A DNA stretch of 64,000 nt from the human T2T-CHM13v2.0 reference genome, Homo sapiens: NCBI RefSeq assembly GCF_009914755.1, contig NC_060931.1; one strand, given 5' to 3'. Position 1 is the stretch's first letter, and the number at the start of each line of letters is the position of its first letter. Shown here in pieces: positions 36,213 to 51,307 of the stretch. The notes under the pieces were generated by a model that made no database searches, was not told the DNA's origin, and saw only the letters and a list, made by a program, of their open reading frames with translations. Made by a program: the position numbers and the translations under genes.

Positions 36213-38101
36213 TGGTGGTAAATTGAATAATGGTCCCAAATATATCTACCTCCTAATGCTTAAAAACTGCGAGTGTTACCTTATATGGCAAAAGGGACTT
36301 TGAGGGTATAAGTAAGTATCTTGAGGTGGAGATATTATATGGGATTACCCGGGTGAGCCTTATGTAATCATGGATCCTTACAAAAGGGGCGAGAGAGGAG
36401 GCAAAGTCAGAGAGAAGACAATCTGAGGACAGAAGCAGAGGCTGAAGTGGTACACTTTGAAAGAGGAAACCATTAGGTATATCTCCAAATGCTATCCCTC
36501 CCCCCGCCCCACCCCACAACAGTCCCCAGAGTGTGATGTTCCCCTTCCTGTGTCCATGTGTTCTCATTGTTCAGTTCCCACCTATGAGTGAGAACATGCA
36601 GTGGTTGGTTTTTTGTCCTTGCGATAGTTTGCTGAGAATGATGGTTTCCAGTTTCATCCATGTTCCTACAAAGGACATGAACTCATCATTTTTTATGGCT
36701 GCATAGTATTCCATGGTGTATATGTGCCACATTTTCTTAATCCAGTCTGTCATTGTTGGACATTTGGGTTGGTTCCAAGTCTTTGCTACTGTTAATAGTG
36801 CCACAATAAACATATGTGTGCATGTGTCTTTATAGCAGCATGATTTATAATCCTTTGGGTATATACCCAGTAATGGGATGGCTGGGTCAAATGGTATTTC
36901 TAGTTCTAGATCCCTGAGGAATCGCCACACTGACATCCACAATGGTTGAACTAGTTTACAGTCCCACCAACAGTGTAACAGTGTTCCTATTTCTCCACAT
37001 CCTCTCCAGGACCTGTTGCTTCCTGACTTTTTAATGATTGCCATTTTAACTGGTATGAGATGGTATCTCATTGTGGTTTTGATTTGCATTTCTCTGATGG
37101 CCAGTGATGATGAGCATTTTTTCATGTGCTTTTTGGCTGCATAAATGTCTTCTTTTGAGAAGTGTCTGTTCATATCCTTTGCCCACTTTTTGATGGGGTT
37201 GTATTTTTCTTGTAAATTTGTTTGAGTTCATTGTAGATTCTGGATATTAGCCCTTTGTCAGATGAGTAGGTTGCAAAAATTTTCTCCCATTTTGTAGGTT
37301 GCCTGTTCACTCTGATGGTAGTTTCTTTTGTTGTGCAGAAGCTCTTTAGTTTAATTAGATCCCATTTGTCAATTTTGGCTTTGGTTGCCATTGCTTTTGG
37401 TGTTTTAGACATGAAGTCCTTGCCCATGCCTATGTCCTGAATGGTATTGCCTACGTTTTCTTCTAGGGTTTTTATGGTTTTAGGTCTAACATCTAAGTCT
37501 TTAATCCATCTTGAATTAATTTTTGTATAAGGTGTAAGGAAGGGATCCAGTTTCAGCTTTCTACATACGGCTGGCCAGTTTTCCCAGCACCATTTATTAA
37601 ATAGGGAATCCTTTCCCCATTTCTTGTTTTTGTCAGGTTTGTCAAAGATCAGATGGTTGTAGATATGTGGCATTATTTCTGAGGGCTCTGTTCTGTTCCA
37701 TTGATCTATACCTCTGTTTTGGTACCAAATGCTAAATGACGAGTTAATGGGTGCAGCACACCAACATGGCACATGTATACATATGTAACCTGCACATTGT
37801 GCACATGTACCCTAAAACTTAAAGTATAATAATAATAAAATTAAATTAAATTAAAAAAAAAAAAAGAAAGAGGAAACCATGAAAGCCAAGGACTACAGCC
37901 AGGCACTAGAACCTGGGAAAGGCAAGCAAACGGATTCTCCCCTAAGACTTCTAGAGGGAGCCAGTTCTCATGACAACCTTGACTTTAACCCACAGAGACT
38001 GATTTCAGACTCCTGGCTTCTAGAACAAAAATTAATTTCTGTTGCTTTAAACCACCAAGTTTGTGATTAATTTGTTACAGCAGCATAGGAAACTAATATA
38101 C
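36213..38101 (+). mobile_element. MLT1 (D-like) MaLR LTR split by the L1PA insertion
   Basis: gttaccttatatggcaaaagggactttg before the L1; ggcaagcaaacggattctcccc...ttgttacagcagcataggaaactaata after it. Confidence 0.8.
36474..37865 (+). mobile_element. L1PA3/4-like 5'-truncated LINE-1 with 5' inversion (inverted part 36474-37727, forward part 37728-37865)
   Basis: Minus-strand ORF2 C-terminus (WYQNR..DQWNRTE ... MFSLIGGN*) plus 3'UTR, then plus-strand 3' end aatgctaaatgacgagttaatggg...poly(A); 15-bp TSD gaaagaggaaaccat at 36459-36473 and 37866-37880. Confidence 0.95.
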
Positions 38102-38727
38102 CTATTCTTATTTTATGTTAGCAATGTAAATTTTCTATACCATCACTCATATTGAATTGCTCTAAAATAATACACCTCTCCTCCACCTAAAAACAGTGAA
38201 GCAATATTGATCAGTAAAACAAAAGCAGAATGTTGACTATCATTAAGGTCGGTAGATGGGGGGTTCAGTATACTATTTTCTCAATGTGTGTATGTTTGAA
38301 AACTCCCAAAGTAGAGAGTTTAAAAAGTCACTTTAAAATTCCTAAGAAAGGAATCACATTTCTACACCATCTCCCACTGAGCCATATGAGCCAGTTTTTT
38401 TTTCCCCAACATTGGAACAAGTTGTCATATCTTTACTTCAATGCCACACCAGGTCCTTGGCTAGTGGATAAGGCATACATGGTATAAAAAGTTTGCATCC
38501 TTAAACATGTTCTCAGTACATCTAAGAGGCACACAGGAGCTGAGCAACTAAAGAAACATTTGTGTTTCCAATATCTTGTTTCTCCAGGATAGTAAATCAT
38601 GCATTAAAACAATGTGAAAAAGTTCTCCAAAGTATTATATTACTTTTTGCTGATCACAAATAGGCAAATGCATCTAAGATTATCTGATTTCTAATGCAAT
38701 TCAATTCTGTGAAAGTCTAAAACAAAG

Positions 38728-38768
38728 TATTAGGTTGGTACAAAAGTAATTGGAGTTTTCACCATTAG
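38728..38768. mobile_element. MADE1 (mariner MITE) half element
   Basis: tattaggttggtacaaaagtaattggagttttcaccatta matches the MADE1 TIR. Confidence 0.75.
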
Positions 38769-39139
38769 AAGAAGTAGTATCTCTAAGCTATATAATAAGC
38801 AGGTGGTTTTGGACTTAGAGAGCCACAGCTGACCTTGTCCTGCTCCTCCAGGGTAACATTTTGAGGACAATGCTATCAGAGGTTCTTCATATCTCTGTGT
38901 TGGTGTGGCAGCCTAAGTACTGTCTGCCACACCAACATTACAACCAAAAGGGGCCATTCTGACTAAGGCTGACCCAGCCTCAGAAAGCAAGGCACGTGAT
39001 AAAAGCACATCCTTCAATCTGGCTGTACTTGTTCCACCCACTGAAAATTAAGAAATACTTAGATGCCCAAGAATTTCCATTTCACACGAGAACAACTTCA
39101 AAAGCCACCTCATGACTGTGTGCATGGATCCAACCATAA

Positions 39140-40578
<1,439 letters not shown>

Positions 40579-42281
40579 AATGCAGTCTAAGTCCAAAACC
40601 ACCTGCTTAATACATAGCTCAGAGATATTTTTAGACTTTTAGAGTTGAGTTGTATTAGAAATCAGATCATCTAAGATGGATTTACCTGTATGTGATCAGC
40701 AAAAGTAACATATACTTTGCAGAACTTTTGCACACTTGTACTGCATGACTTCCTATCCGTAAGTATATAAAGCTAAGAAGAAATAAACAGCTTGAGTTAT
40801 GCCTGTTAAACTACTCTGCAAATTTTATCATGGATAAAAAGAGACTGCTGATGGTAAAGGCAGTTAAGTTCATTTCCATCATTAAATGATAATTTTTATA
40901 GAAAGTGATACTTATGCAAAACAAAGGAGGTGATGGGAGTAAAACATTTGAGCATTTGGCCAGGAAGAGGGGAACTTACACCTTCCACGGGAAAGTATTT
41001 TAGGAACATACCGTCATTTTGGGTGACTGTGGGAAGAAAAAGAGTGAGATGAAGATAGAGACCATATCATGACAAGACAAACTTATAAGTGGAGATTAAG
41101 CATTTACAAATTTTTATAGCAGACTGACAAGAATTTTATGTCTGTTGAATCTAATAATAAAAATCAGCTTGTCTTTTGGCTGACTTTAAAATTTCATTGT
41201 AATAATTTATTTTCATTGTGTTTTACAAAAAAGTCAGTAATCAATTAGAAATTTAAAAATAACTGGTCCTTCAACACAGCTAAGGAAGGAATGATTTAGA
41301 ACAGTAATTCTCAATGGAGAAAGCTTCACCCCTTAAGGAAGTGGTTTTAGAAATCTGTGGATCTTTTGGGATTAGGAAAAGAGTCTTTTACTAATATTTG
41401 ATAGTCACAGACCAGGTATGTCACACATCCTGAAGTGTGCAGTACAGCTTCACACAATAAAGAGAGGTGGCCTCATGTCCTGCACAGCCTTTGAAGGTCC
41501 TTGATATTCAGATACAGGGGAAACCCATTTATCTGACCCTATAACCTGACAAAATATTTATTGCTCAGTTTTCATATATACTGCATCTTCCAAAACTGTA
41601 TCATGTAAATCAAGATACTATTATATTTTGGTCTGCTTATCACTAGAGAAAACCACTAAACTGAGAGCACACAACTTTGCATTGCCTGTATATTATTCCT
41701 GTCTCAACACCAGTATTGGTCCACTGAGGATTATTCTACATATGGTACAAGCACTTAGCTATTTCATTATGCCTAAACTCTGATCATGCCTAAGTATTTA
41801 TGTACTAAATTTTTTTGTATAAATAATTTTTATGTCTCCTTTCTGGTATTACTAGGACATTACATTGATTTTTAAATTATAGATATATATAAGTGGCTAT
41901 ATTTTCTGTGAATTTCACTTCAGGATTGTAATTGGAACATTACATAGGAGGAAATTATAGATCTCAATAAAAACACTGATGAAATTGGTGCTAAAAGTCA
42001 AAAATGCGTAAGTGAACTTGCAGGAGATATTAGAAGTCATCCTTATTTCCACGTTTGAGATGACAGAAGAATATACAGTTTAGATACAGTAGCAGCTAAA
42101 AAAGGAGGTTCTGCCTAGTTTAAATCCTAATTCAGCCAATGGTAGCTGCAAGACCTTGGCAAGTTTTTCCATTTCCCAATTACTTTGTTGTTTTTAAAAA
42201 TAAGAATAGCACAATTCCCTTCTATATCTAGGGTTGGCTCTAAGAATATAACAAGAAGAGAATCCATCTAGAGAGGTACTT

Positions 42282-42600
42282 GGCCAGGCACGGTGACTCA
42301 CGACTGTAATCCCAACACTTTGGGAGGTCAAGGGAGGAGGATCGCTTAAGCTCAGGAGTTTGAGACCAGCCTGGGCAATGTAGCAAGACCCTGTTTGTAA
42401 AACAAAAAAAAAAATTTTTTTTTTTTTAAATTAATGGGGCACAGCGGTATGTGCCTGTAGTCCTAGCTACTCAGGAGGCCAAGGCAGGAGGATTGCTTGA
42501 GCCCAGGAAGAGTTTAAGGCTGCAGTGAGTCGTGATCGTGCCACCTGACTCCAGCCTGGGTGACAGAGTCTTGAAAAAATCAAATGGAAAAAAAAAAAAG
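42282..42600 (+). mobile_element. AluJ
   Basis: Full dimer. Confidence 0.88.
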
Positions 42601-43974
42601 AGGTTCGCATATTGCTCTGCTCATAATCGACACAACCCACATGTGTGATATTAAGTTACTCTAAAACCCAAAGGCAGAGTACTAAAGAGAAGGAAATGAG
42701 CTAAGAATATGAGAGTAGGCATAAAAATGAGTGAAAGATAGACACATCAAATATAGGCCTTCTTTTAAAAAGAAATCTGAAATATCAGTCATTACCATTA
42801 GCCAGAGTAAGCTAATTAAACAATTTCAATCTTTGTATATATACCTGGACACATGTGAGAGTCTAGGAGTAGTGGACACAAAACAAGAAAAAAAATCCAG
42901 CAAGATGAACACAGAAATCTCTATCTGGGTTGATAGTCAAGCTTTGAAAAGCATCATACACCCTCAATTCAACCAACACTTAACTTACTGAGCACCACCT
43001 TTGTCTACCAGATTGGAATAAAAAACTGAGGAAAGGTATTTGTGAATATATACAATAGACATCTAGGCAAGATCGCAGTAAATTATAGCCTTTCTCATCC
43101 CCACATGGAAAGTAATACTGAATAGTAATTACTGAATAGTAATATTGTGTTTTGAGTAAGACAAAGTAGGCCATTCAGGAAATCAAAATACGGCAAGTGG
43201 GGGGTGGGGGTGGGGATGGCCTTAGTACTGAGAAAACTCTTGCTTTTCTGGTTGCTGATAATAAAATTAGACACAGCATTAATAGTGCCCTGTCACTCCC
43301 AATTGGTTTACTGTTCTAAAACCCTACCAGGAGACCTTTGCCCTCCCCAGTCTTAACCTTGTATATTTTGTTCATTAAAACTGGAGGTAGAAAGACAGGA
43401 AAAGAGCAACAAGTGAAGGTTTTTATATACTTAAATTTAAAATGATGAGCACTGCATACACATCTCTAGTGCTGAGTCACATGGAAAAATTGAACACGCA
43501 TTTCTTTTAAGAGGGTAAGTCCTGTTCAGTCTCAATTCAACCAAAGGTTATCTACAAGAAAAAAGCAAATCACTTATGAGTAGTTACTCTGTTCTTGAGA
43601 AATGAAAAATTCAAATTCACCTCTTTTGAAATTTAAAAGGCATCAAAAAACAATATTCAAAGAAACAACTTAAACTTTAGTTCCAGGTTCTAGATCCAGA
43701 CAAATTTCAATAAGCACACCCACCTTGTTTCTCCCACTGAAAGCAGTTAAAAAATCTAGACAGAAAGTATCAAACAATAATTTGAAGACTCAAAGTAAAG
43801 ATAACAGACAGACTAGGAACTCTATAGTACTACAGAAACTGAAGTGATTTGCTTCTTTTTTTCCCTCTGCTATGCCCCAGCCTAGACTCAGCAGCAAAAA
43901 ACTTTCAAGTTGTTAGTGGATACAGACAGATCTTAGGAGAAGCCTTGTAGTTTAGGCTGGAGAAGCAAGAAAGG

Positions 43975-44583
43975 GGAACCGGGCCGCACAGCAGAAGGTG
44001 AGAGGAGGTGAGCAGGCTTAAATGCCTGAGCCCCGCCTCCTGTCAGATCAGCAATGGCAGCGTTAGATTCTCATGGAAGTGCGTACCCTATTGTGAACTG
44101 CGCACGCGAGGGATCTAGGTTGCATACTCCTTATGAGATTCTAACCAATGCCTGATGATCTGAGGTAGAACAGTTTCTATCCCGAAACCACTCCCCTTCC
44201 CCAACCATGAAAAAATTGTTTTAATGCATAAAAAGAGTTTCTGAACTCTTCAACCAGGGCTGTATGGATTTCCTGAGAACAAACAAGTCCATCTTGGTGA
44301 AAGAATTCGCCTTCACTGATGTGAAACTAAAGGTTGAGCAAGTTTGCTTCTGGAGAAGAATGCTGTGGACAGGCTTACACATGATGATGGAGCAATGGAA
44401 ATATTAATGCTGGGTGATTAACACAGACTCTACAACCGGTGAGTTCTCTTCAGAACCTCTGGACGACTGTTGCAAAGAAATAAAAGCCATGATCAAAATT
44501 TTCTGATTAAAAAAAAAAAAAAGAAAGAAAAATTGTCTTCTACGAAACCAGTCCCTGGTGCCAAAAAGGTTGGGGATCACTGA
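43975..44583 (+). mobile_element. MER1B-like hAT-Charlie MITE, one end missing, split by a retrocopy
   Basis: ggaaccgggccgcacagcag...ctcctgtcagatcagc...gagggatctaggttgc...ccagtccctggtgccaaaaaggttgggga. Confidence 0.85.
44220..44527 (+). pseudogene. Unidentified 5'-truncated mRNA/lncRNA retrocopy or orphan transduction inside MER1
   Basis: ~290 bp of non-repeat sequence with AATAAA (~44479) and poly(A) (44509-44522); flanked by gaaaaaattgt / gaaaaattgt, which splits the MER1 motif gaaaaattgtcttc. Confidence 0.8.
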
Positions 44584-44791
44584 TCTAAAACACTGATGGA
44601 GGGAAGAAGCTATAGTTCCAAGGGGATGGATTGAACCTGTTTGCTTCTTTTCCGTCTGTTTGCCTCTCGTTAGCCCTGGACATGTATACAGTTACAGGAA
44701 GTGCACAACCACGCAAGGTATCTAAGGTCCTTGCTTTTCTGATTGGAGAATCAAAAAGGGAAGCCTCAGGGAAACAAAATACTAATCAAAT

Positions 44792-45393
44792 TGTGTCCGG
44801 AATTGGTTTCTTCCAGTGGGTTCTCGGTCTCGCTGACTTCAAGAATGAAGCCGTGGACTCCCACGGTGAGTGTTACAGTTCTTAAAGATGGTGTGTCTGG
44901 AGTTTGTTCCTTCAGATGTTCAGATGTGTCCAGAGTTTCTTCCTTCCAGTGGGTTCGTGGTCTTGCTGACTTCAGGAGTGAAGCCGCAGACCTTTGCAGT
45001 GAGTGTTACAGCTCTTAAAGGTAGTGTGGACCCAAAGAGTGAGCAGCAGCAAGATTTACTGTGAAGAGCAAAAGAACAAAGCTTCCACAGTGTGGAAGGG
45101 GACCCTGGCGGGTTGCCACTGCTGGCTCAGGTGGCCAACTTTTATTCCCTTATTTGGCCCCACCCACATCCTGCTGATTGGTCCATTTTACAGAGTGCTG
45201 ATTGGTCCATTTACAAACCCTTAGCTAGACACAGAGCACTGATTGGTGCGTTTTTACAGAGTGCTGATTGGTGTGTTTACAAACCTTTAGCTAGAAACTG
45301 AGTGCTGACTGGTGTGTTTACAATCCTTTAGCTAGACAGAAAAGTTCTTCAAGTCCCCACCTGACCCAGAAGCCCAGCCACCTTCACCTCTCA
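44792..45393 (-). mobile_element. LTR12-family (ERV9) solo LTR, sense to IGF2BP3
   Basis: Minus strand TGAGAGGTGAAG...AATTCCGGACACA, repeated CCAATCAGCAC units, U5 repeats; 4-bp TSD aaat (44788-44791 / 45394-45397). Confidence 0.92.
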
Positions 45394-45766
45394 AAATCAT
45401 GGAGACAGAGAAGCTCATTCAGCTTCAACATCATGAAGTTATTAGAAATCAATAAAACAGATAAAGCTCTGCAAGGCTGATGAAGATTTTAAGAGAGAGA
45501 ACACAAAAATTACTAGTATCAGAATTAAAAAGTGGAGATATCACTAGAGACCCCACAGACATTAAAGGATAAGCGAATACTACAAAGCTTTATGCAACTT
45601 GTCCATGATGATGTAGTTATTAAAAAAAAAAAAAAAGAAAAAAAGAAACAACTTGGATGAAATTGACCAATTCTTTGAACACTACAAACGACCCAAGATG
45701 AAATAACCTGAAGAACACTATAATTACTGAAGATATTGAATTTGAGCATAAGAAAAAAAAAAAAAG

Positions 45767-46068
45767 GGCTGGGTGTGGTGGTTCATGCCTGTAATCCCAG
45801 CACTTTGGGAGGCCGAGGCAAATGGATCACCTCAGGTTGGGAGTTCGAGACCAGCCTGACTAACATGGAGAAACCCCATCTCTACTAAAAATGCAAAAAT
45901 TAGCTGGGCATGGTGGCGCATGTCTGTAATCCCAGCTACCTGGGAGGCCGAGGCAGGAGAATCACTTGAACCAGGAGGCAGAGGTTGTGGTGAGCCAAGA
46001 TTGGGCCATCGCACTCCGGCCTGGGCAACAAAAGCAAAACTCTGTCTCCAAAAAAAAAAAAAAAAAAA
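45767..46068 (+). mobile_element. AluSp-like
   Basis: Full dimer. Confidence 0.9.
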
Positions 46069-47332
46069 CTTCTGAGAGAAATTATTCAAGTGGTTTCACA
46101 GGTGAATTCTATCAAATACTTAAAGAAATAACACCAATTCAGCAAATCACTTCCAGAAAAGGTAAGCATGTTTTCCCAACACATTTTAAGGCTGTGTTAC
46201 CCTGATAACAAAATCAATGGCAATACAAAAAACATCAAACTACAGACCAATATCCTTCATGAGCAGAGACACAGTAAGTCCTCAACAAAAATGTTAGCAA
46301 ATTAAACCAAGCAAAAAGAATAAAATACCACAATAAAGTGGAGTTTATCATAGGAATGCAGGGTTGGTTCAACATTTGTGGGGGGTGGGGGGCGGGGGGG
46401 GGGGAGTCAATGTAATTCATTTACAGCCTAAAAACTACATGATAATATCAATTCATGCAGAAAAAGCATTTGAAACAATCCAACATTCACTCATCATATA
46501 GATTGTCAACAAACTAGAAACAGAAGGCAATGTCTTCAACCTGATAAAGAGTATCTACAAAAAACCCACAGCTAACATTTTATGTGATGATGAAAGACAA
46601 TGTTTTCTCACAAAAATTGAGGAAGGGTAAGGATGTCAACTCTCATTGGAGGTCCTAGACAGTACATTACAGCAATAAAAGAAAAGGCATACAGACTATA
46701 AAGGAATAAAACTATGCCCATTTGAATACATAATTGTCTAAGTAGAAAATCCCAAGCAATCTATTAAAAAATAAAAAACAAACTTTCAGAACTAGTAAGT
46801 TTAGCAATGTCAAAGGATATAAGGTCAACACACAAAAATTTAAAATACTTCTACATACTAAAAACAAGTGGAAGTCCAAACTTAAAAAATAATATTCACC
46901 TACTATTTAGAAAAAAAAACAAAACAAAATAACAAGTGTTGAAGTGGACATGGAGAAGTTAGAACACACTTGGGCACTGTTGGTAGAAATGTAAAACAGT
47001 ACAGCTGCTATGGAAAACAGTAATGGCAATTCCTGAAATAATTAAAAACATAATTGCTATAACATCTTTTTCACTGGTTTATTCAAGGAGAGGAAAAGAA
47101 GAACTGCTATAACATCCAGCAATCCCACTTCTAGGTACATACCCAAAAGAATTGAAAGCAGAGTCTCAAAGAGATATTTATTCACCTACATTCACGGTGG
47201 CATTGATCACAATAGCCAAAAGGTAGAAGCAATCCATATGCCCATGGACAGAAGAATAAACAAAAGGTAGAATACACAGACAGAGGAATACTACACTTAA
47301 CTTTCAAAAGAAAATTCTGACACATACTACGA

Positions 47333-47677
47333 CAGCGGTCCCCAACTATTTTCGCACCAGGGACTGGTTTCATGGAAGACAATTTTTCCACGGACAGAGA
47401 GTGGGGATGGGGGGGATGGCTTCAGGATGAAACTGTTCCACCTCAGATCATCAGGCATTAGATTCTCCTAAGGAGTGAGCAACCTAGATCCCTCAACGTG
47501 TGCAGTTCACAATAGGGTATGCATTCCTATGAGAATCTAATGCTGTCACTGATCTGTCAGGAGGTGAAGCTTAGGCAGTAATGCTCGCTCACTTGCCACT
47601 CACCTCCTGTGGTACAGCCCAGTTCCTAACAGGCCACAGATGGTACCAGTCTGAGGCCTGGGGGTTAGGGACCCCTG
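47333..47677 (-). mobile_element. MER1B-like hAT-Charlie MITE, full length, opposite orientation to the 43975 copy
   Basis: TIRs cagcggtccccaac / gttagggacccctg; 8-bp TSD tactacga/tgctacaa. Confidence 0.88.
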
Positions 47678-48318
47678 TGCTACAACATGGTTGAACAGCA
47701 TACTAAGTGAAATAAGCCAGTCATAAAAAGACAACTTAGTAAAGTTGATAATTATTCCAAAAGGGTTTTTTTGTTGTTAACTTATTGCAATCCCAATAAA
47801 CATCCCAGCAGAATTTTTGTGTATAGACTTGCTGGTTCCAAAATACACGTGGAAAAGCAAAGTAAAGACAATAGCCACAATTCTGAAAAACAATAAAGTT
47901 GAAGGAATAATACTATTCAATTTTAAGACTTATAAAGATACCGTAACCAAGAAAGTGTAGTAGCAAAGGGACAGACACATAAATCAATGGGATAAAAGAG
48001 TCCAGAAACAGACCCACACAAATATGGTCAATTGATTTGTAACAAAAGTGTGAGGGCAATTCAATGGAAAAGGAACAATATTTTCAATTTTTGGTGTTAG
48101 AATGAGACATTTACATGCAAAAAATAAAACCACAGCCTGTGAAGCATACATTACATAAAAATTAACTCAAAATGCACCATAGGCTTAAGACAATAGGAGA
48201 AAACCTTCATAACTTTGATTTAGGCAAAAAGTTTTTAGACAGGACACCAAAAATACTATTCATAAAATGAGATTGGCACAAATGAATACACTGAACTTCA
48301 TTAAAATTTAAAACTTTT

Positions 48319-48792
<474 letters not shown>

Positions 48793-49688
48793 TCAACTGA
48801 TAAAGGGCATGATGACCTTTAAGATGATCATATCCAGAAAAATGACAGAAGCACAGGACAAAAGTCCAGGCAGCATAGCACAAAGGACACGGGGTAAACA
48901 TGGAGGGAGCAGGGTGGGGTCAGAAATGCTTGCCTCATACACCATTCATATATACCGGTTGTAGAGAACTCTGGTATTCCCCTTGCACACCCATCACCAG
49001 ATTACCTCTAATGATGTAAAGTCTGGCCCATCCCAGAGCAGCCATGCATGAAGAACTCTATGTCTACAGTTCTTTAAACAGAGAACTTTACTAATAACTT
49101 CCCCAATGAAATTCATTCATCACTCATAACCATACATTACGTCCAGACCTGGGGAGGATCCAGTTTCTATTGGCTTCACTGTCAAGCTTTTCAGAGGCAT
49201 GTTGAAACCAAATCATAATAACTAGAAGAAACAGGAACAACCCTTTGGGAGGAAGTTTTCTGTTAGAGCAACCTGATTAAGAGGAGACACTAACACTTTC
49301 CAGCTGCATGATCCCAGACAAGCTACTTCACCTCTCTGTACCACCACTGCCTTATCTGTAAAGTGGGGACATGGGACTGCTGTGAAGATTAAAACGTGTT
49401 AATTCAGTACCCGGCACATAAGTGCCTAGTACGTGTCAGCTACTTATTGGCCGAGTGGCCTGCTCAAAGTCAGGCCACTGAGAAGAAGAAAGGCACCTAC
49501 CGAGAACATGCAGTTTATCTGCTATTTATTTAGAACTCCAAGCTGTCTGCTATAAAGGCAACCTTTAAACTGGTTATTTCTAATATTTAACATCTCTGAC
49601 TCCCATTACTTCTTCTCGCTCAGCTCATGGACAGTCTCAACGTCACTGTTTCTACAGATGTTTTCTTCTGTTGAGTTAAAGCACCTCA

Positions 49689-50727
<1,039 letters not shown>

Positions 50728-51271
50728 TAAATAAGGAATACTTGGTTTCCCTTCTTTGACCAGAGCCTCACTTAATACTCATCTTCCCAGATCAATTAAG
50801 TCCAGGAAAAAAATCAAATATGCAAGTGTTGAAGTAAAACCAAGAAACGTTCTGAATTTTCTAGCAAGACTGTGATTTTTAAGTATGTATTCCCCATAAG
50901 TACCTGTCAGATCACGTATTCAAATCTTTGCTCGGAAAACAGTCATTCCAGTCATGAGTGATGTGGGGGCCCCACCAGCATGGAGAACCTGGTGCATAGG
51001 CTGTTTCCCCACACAGTAAACACAGGGAAATATTGTTTCACCTTCCTCATCAGCCCCCAAAATGACAACCTTCCTTGCCCTTTCCTCTAGGACCACTTCA
51101 TTTACCTAATGTCTTCCTTTACATAAGGTCTTATGCTTCACTTCAGGGAAGGTACCCCCAGCTTTGGGCATTTTTTGAGTACTTATTAGGAGTTTTGATT
51201 CTTTTGACTGGAGAGTAGTTTCAAGGAAATAACATTAGGAGAAACTGAGAAATCCTTTCCTTAAGACTCTG

Positions 51272-51274
<3 letters not shown>

Positions 51275-51307
<33 letters not shown>

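Larger units (their letters stand above)
45400..48318 (+). mobile_element. Old L1M ORF2 fragments with nested L1 3' end, MER1 and Alu
   Basis: ggtttcacaggtgaattctatcaaa, aactacagaccaatatcc, gcagaaaaagcatttga, cagaaacagacccacac ORF2 motifs. Confidence 0.8.

Noticed and set aside
36571-37772. Two 200-aa minus-strand ORFs
   Set aside because: Frameshifted L1 ORF2 C-terminus; one start codon comes from across the inversion junction.
43441-43475. ATGATGA...CTGA box C/D-like pair
   Set aside because: Only ~35 nt, no recognisable guide or terminal stem, antisense to the host.
43975-47677. Two inverted MER1 copies as ends of a composite transposon
   Set aside because: The right copy has its own 8-bp TSD inside an L1; independent insertions.
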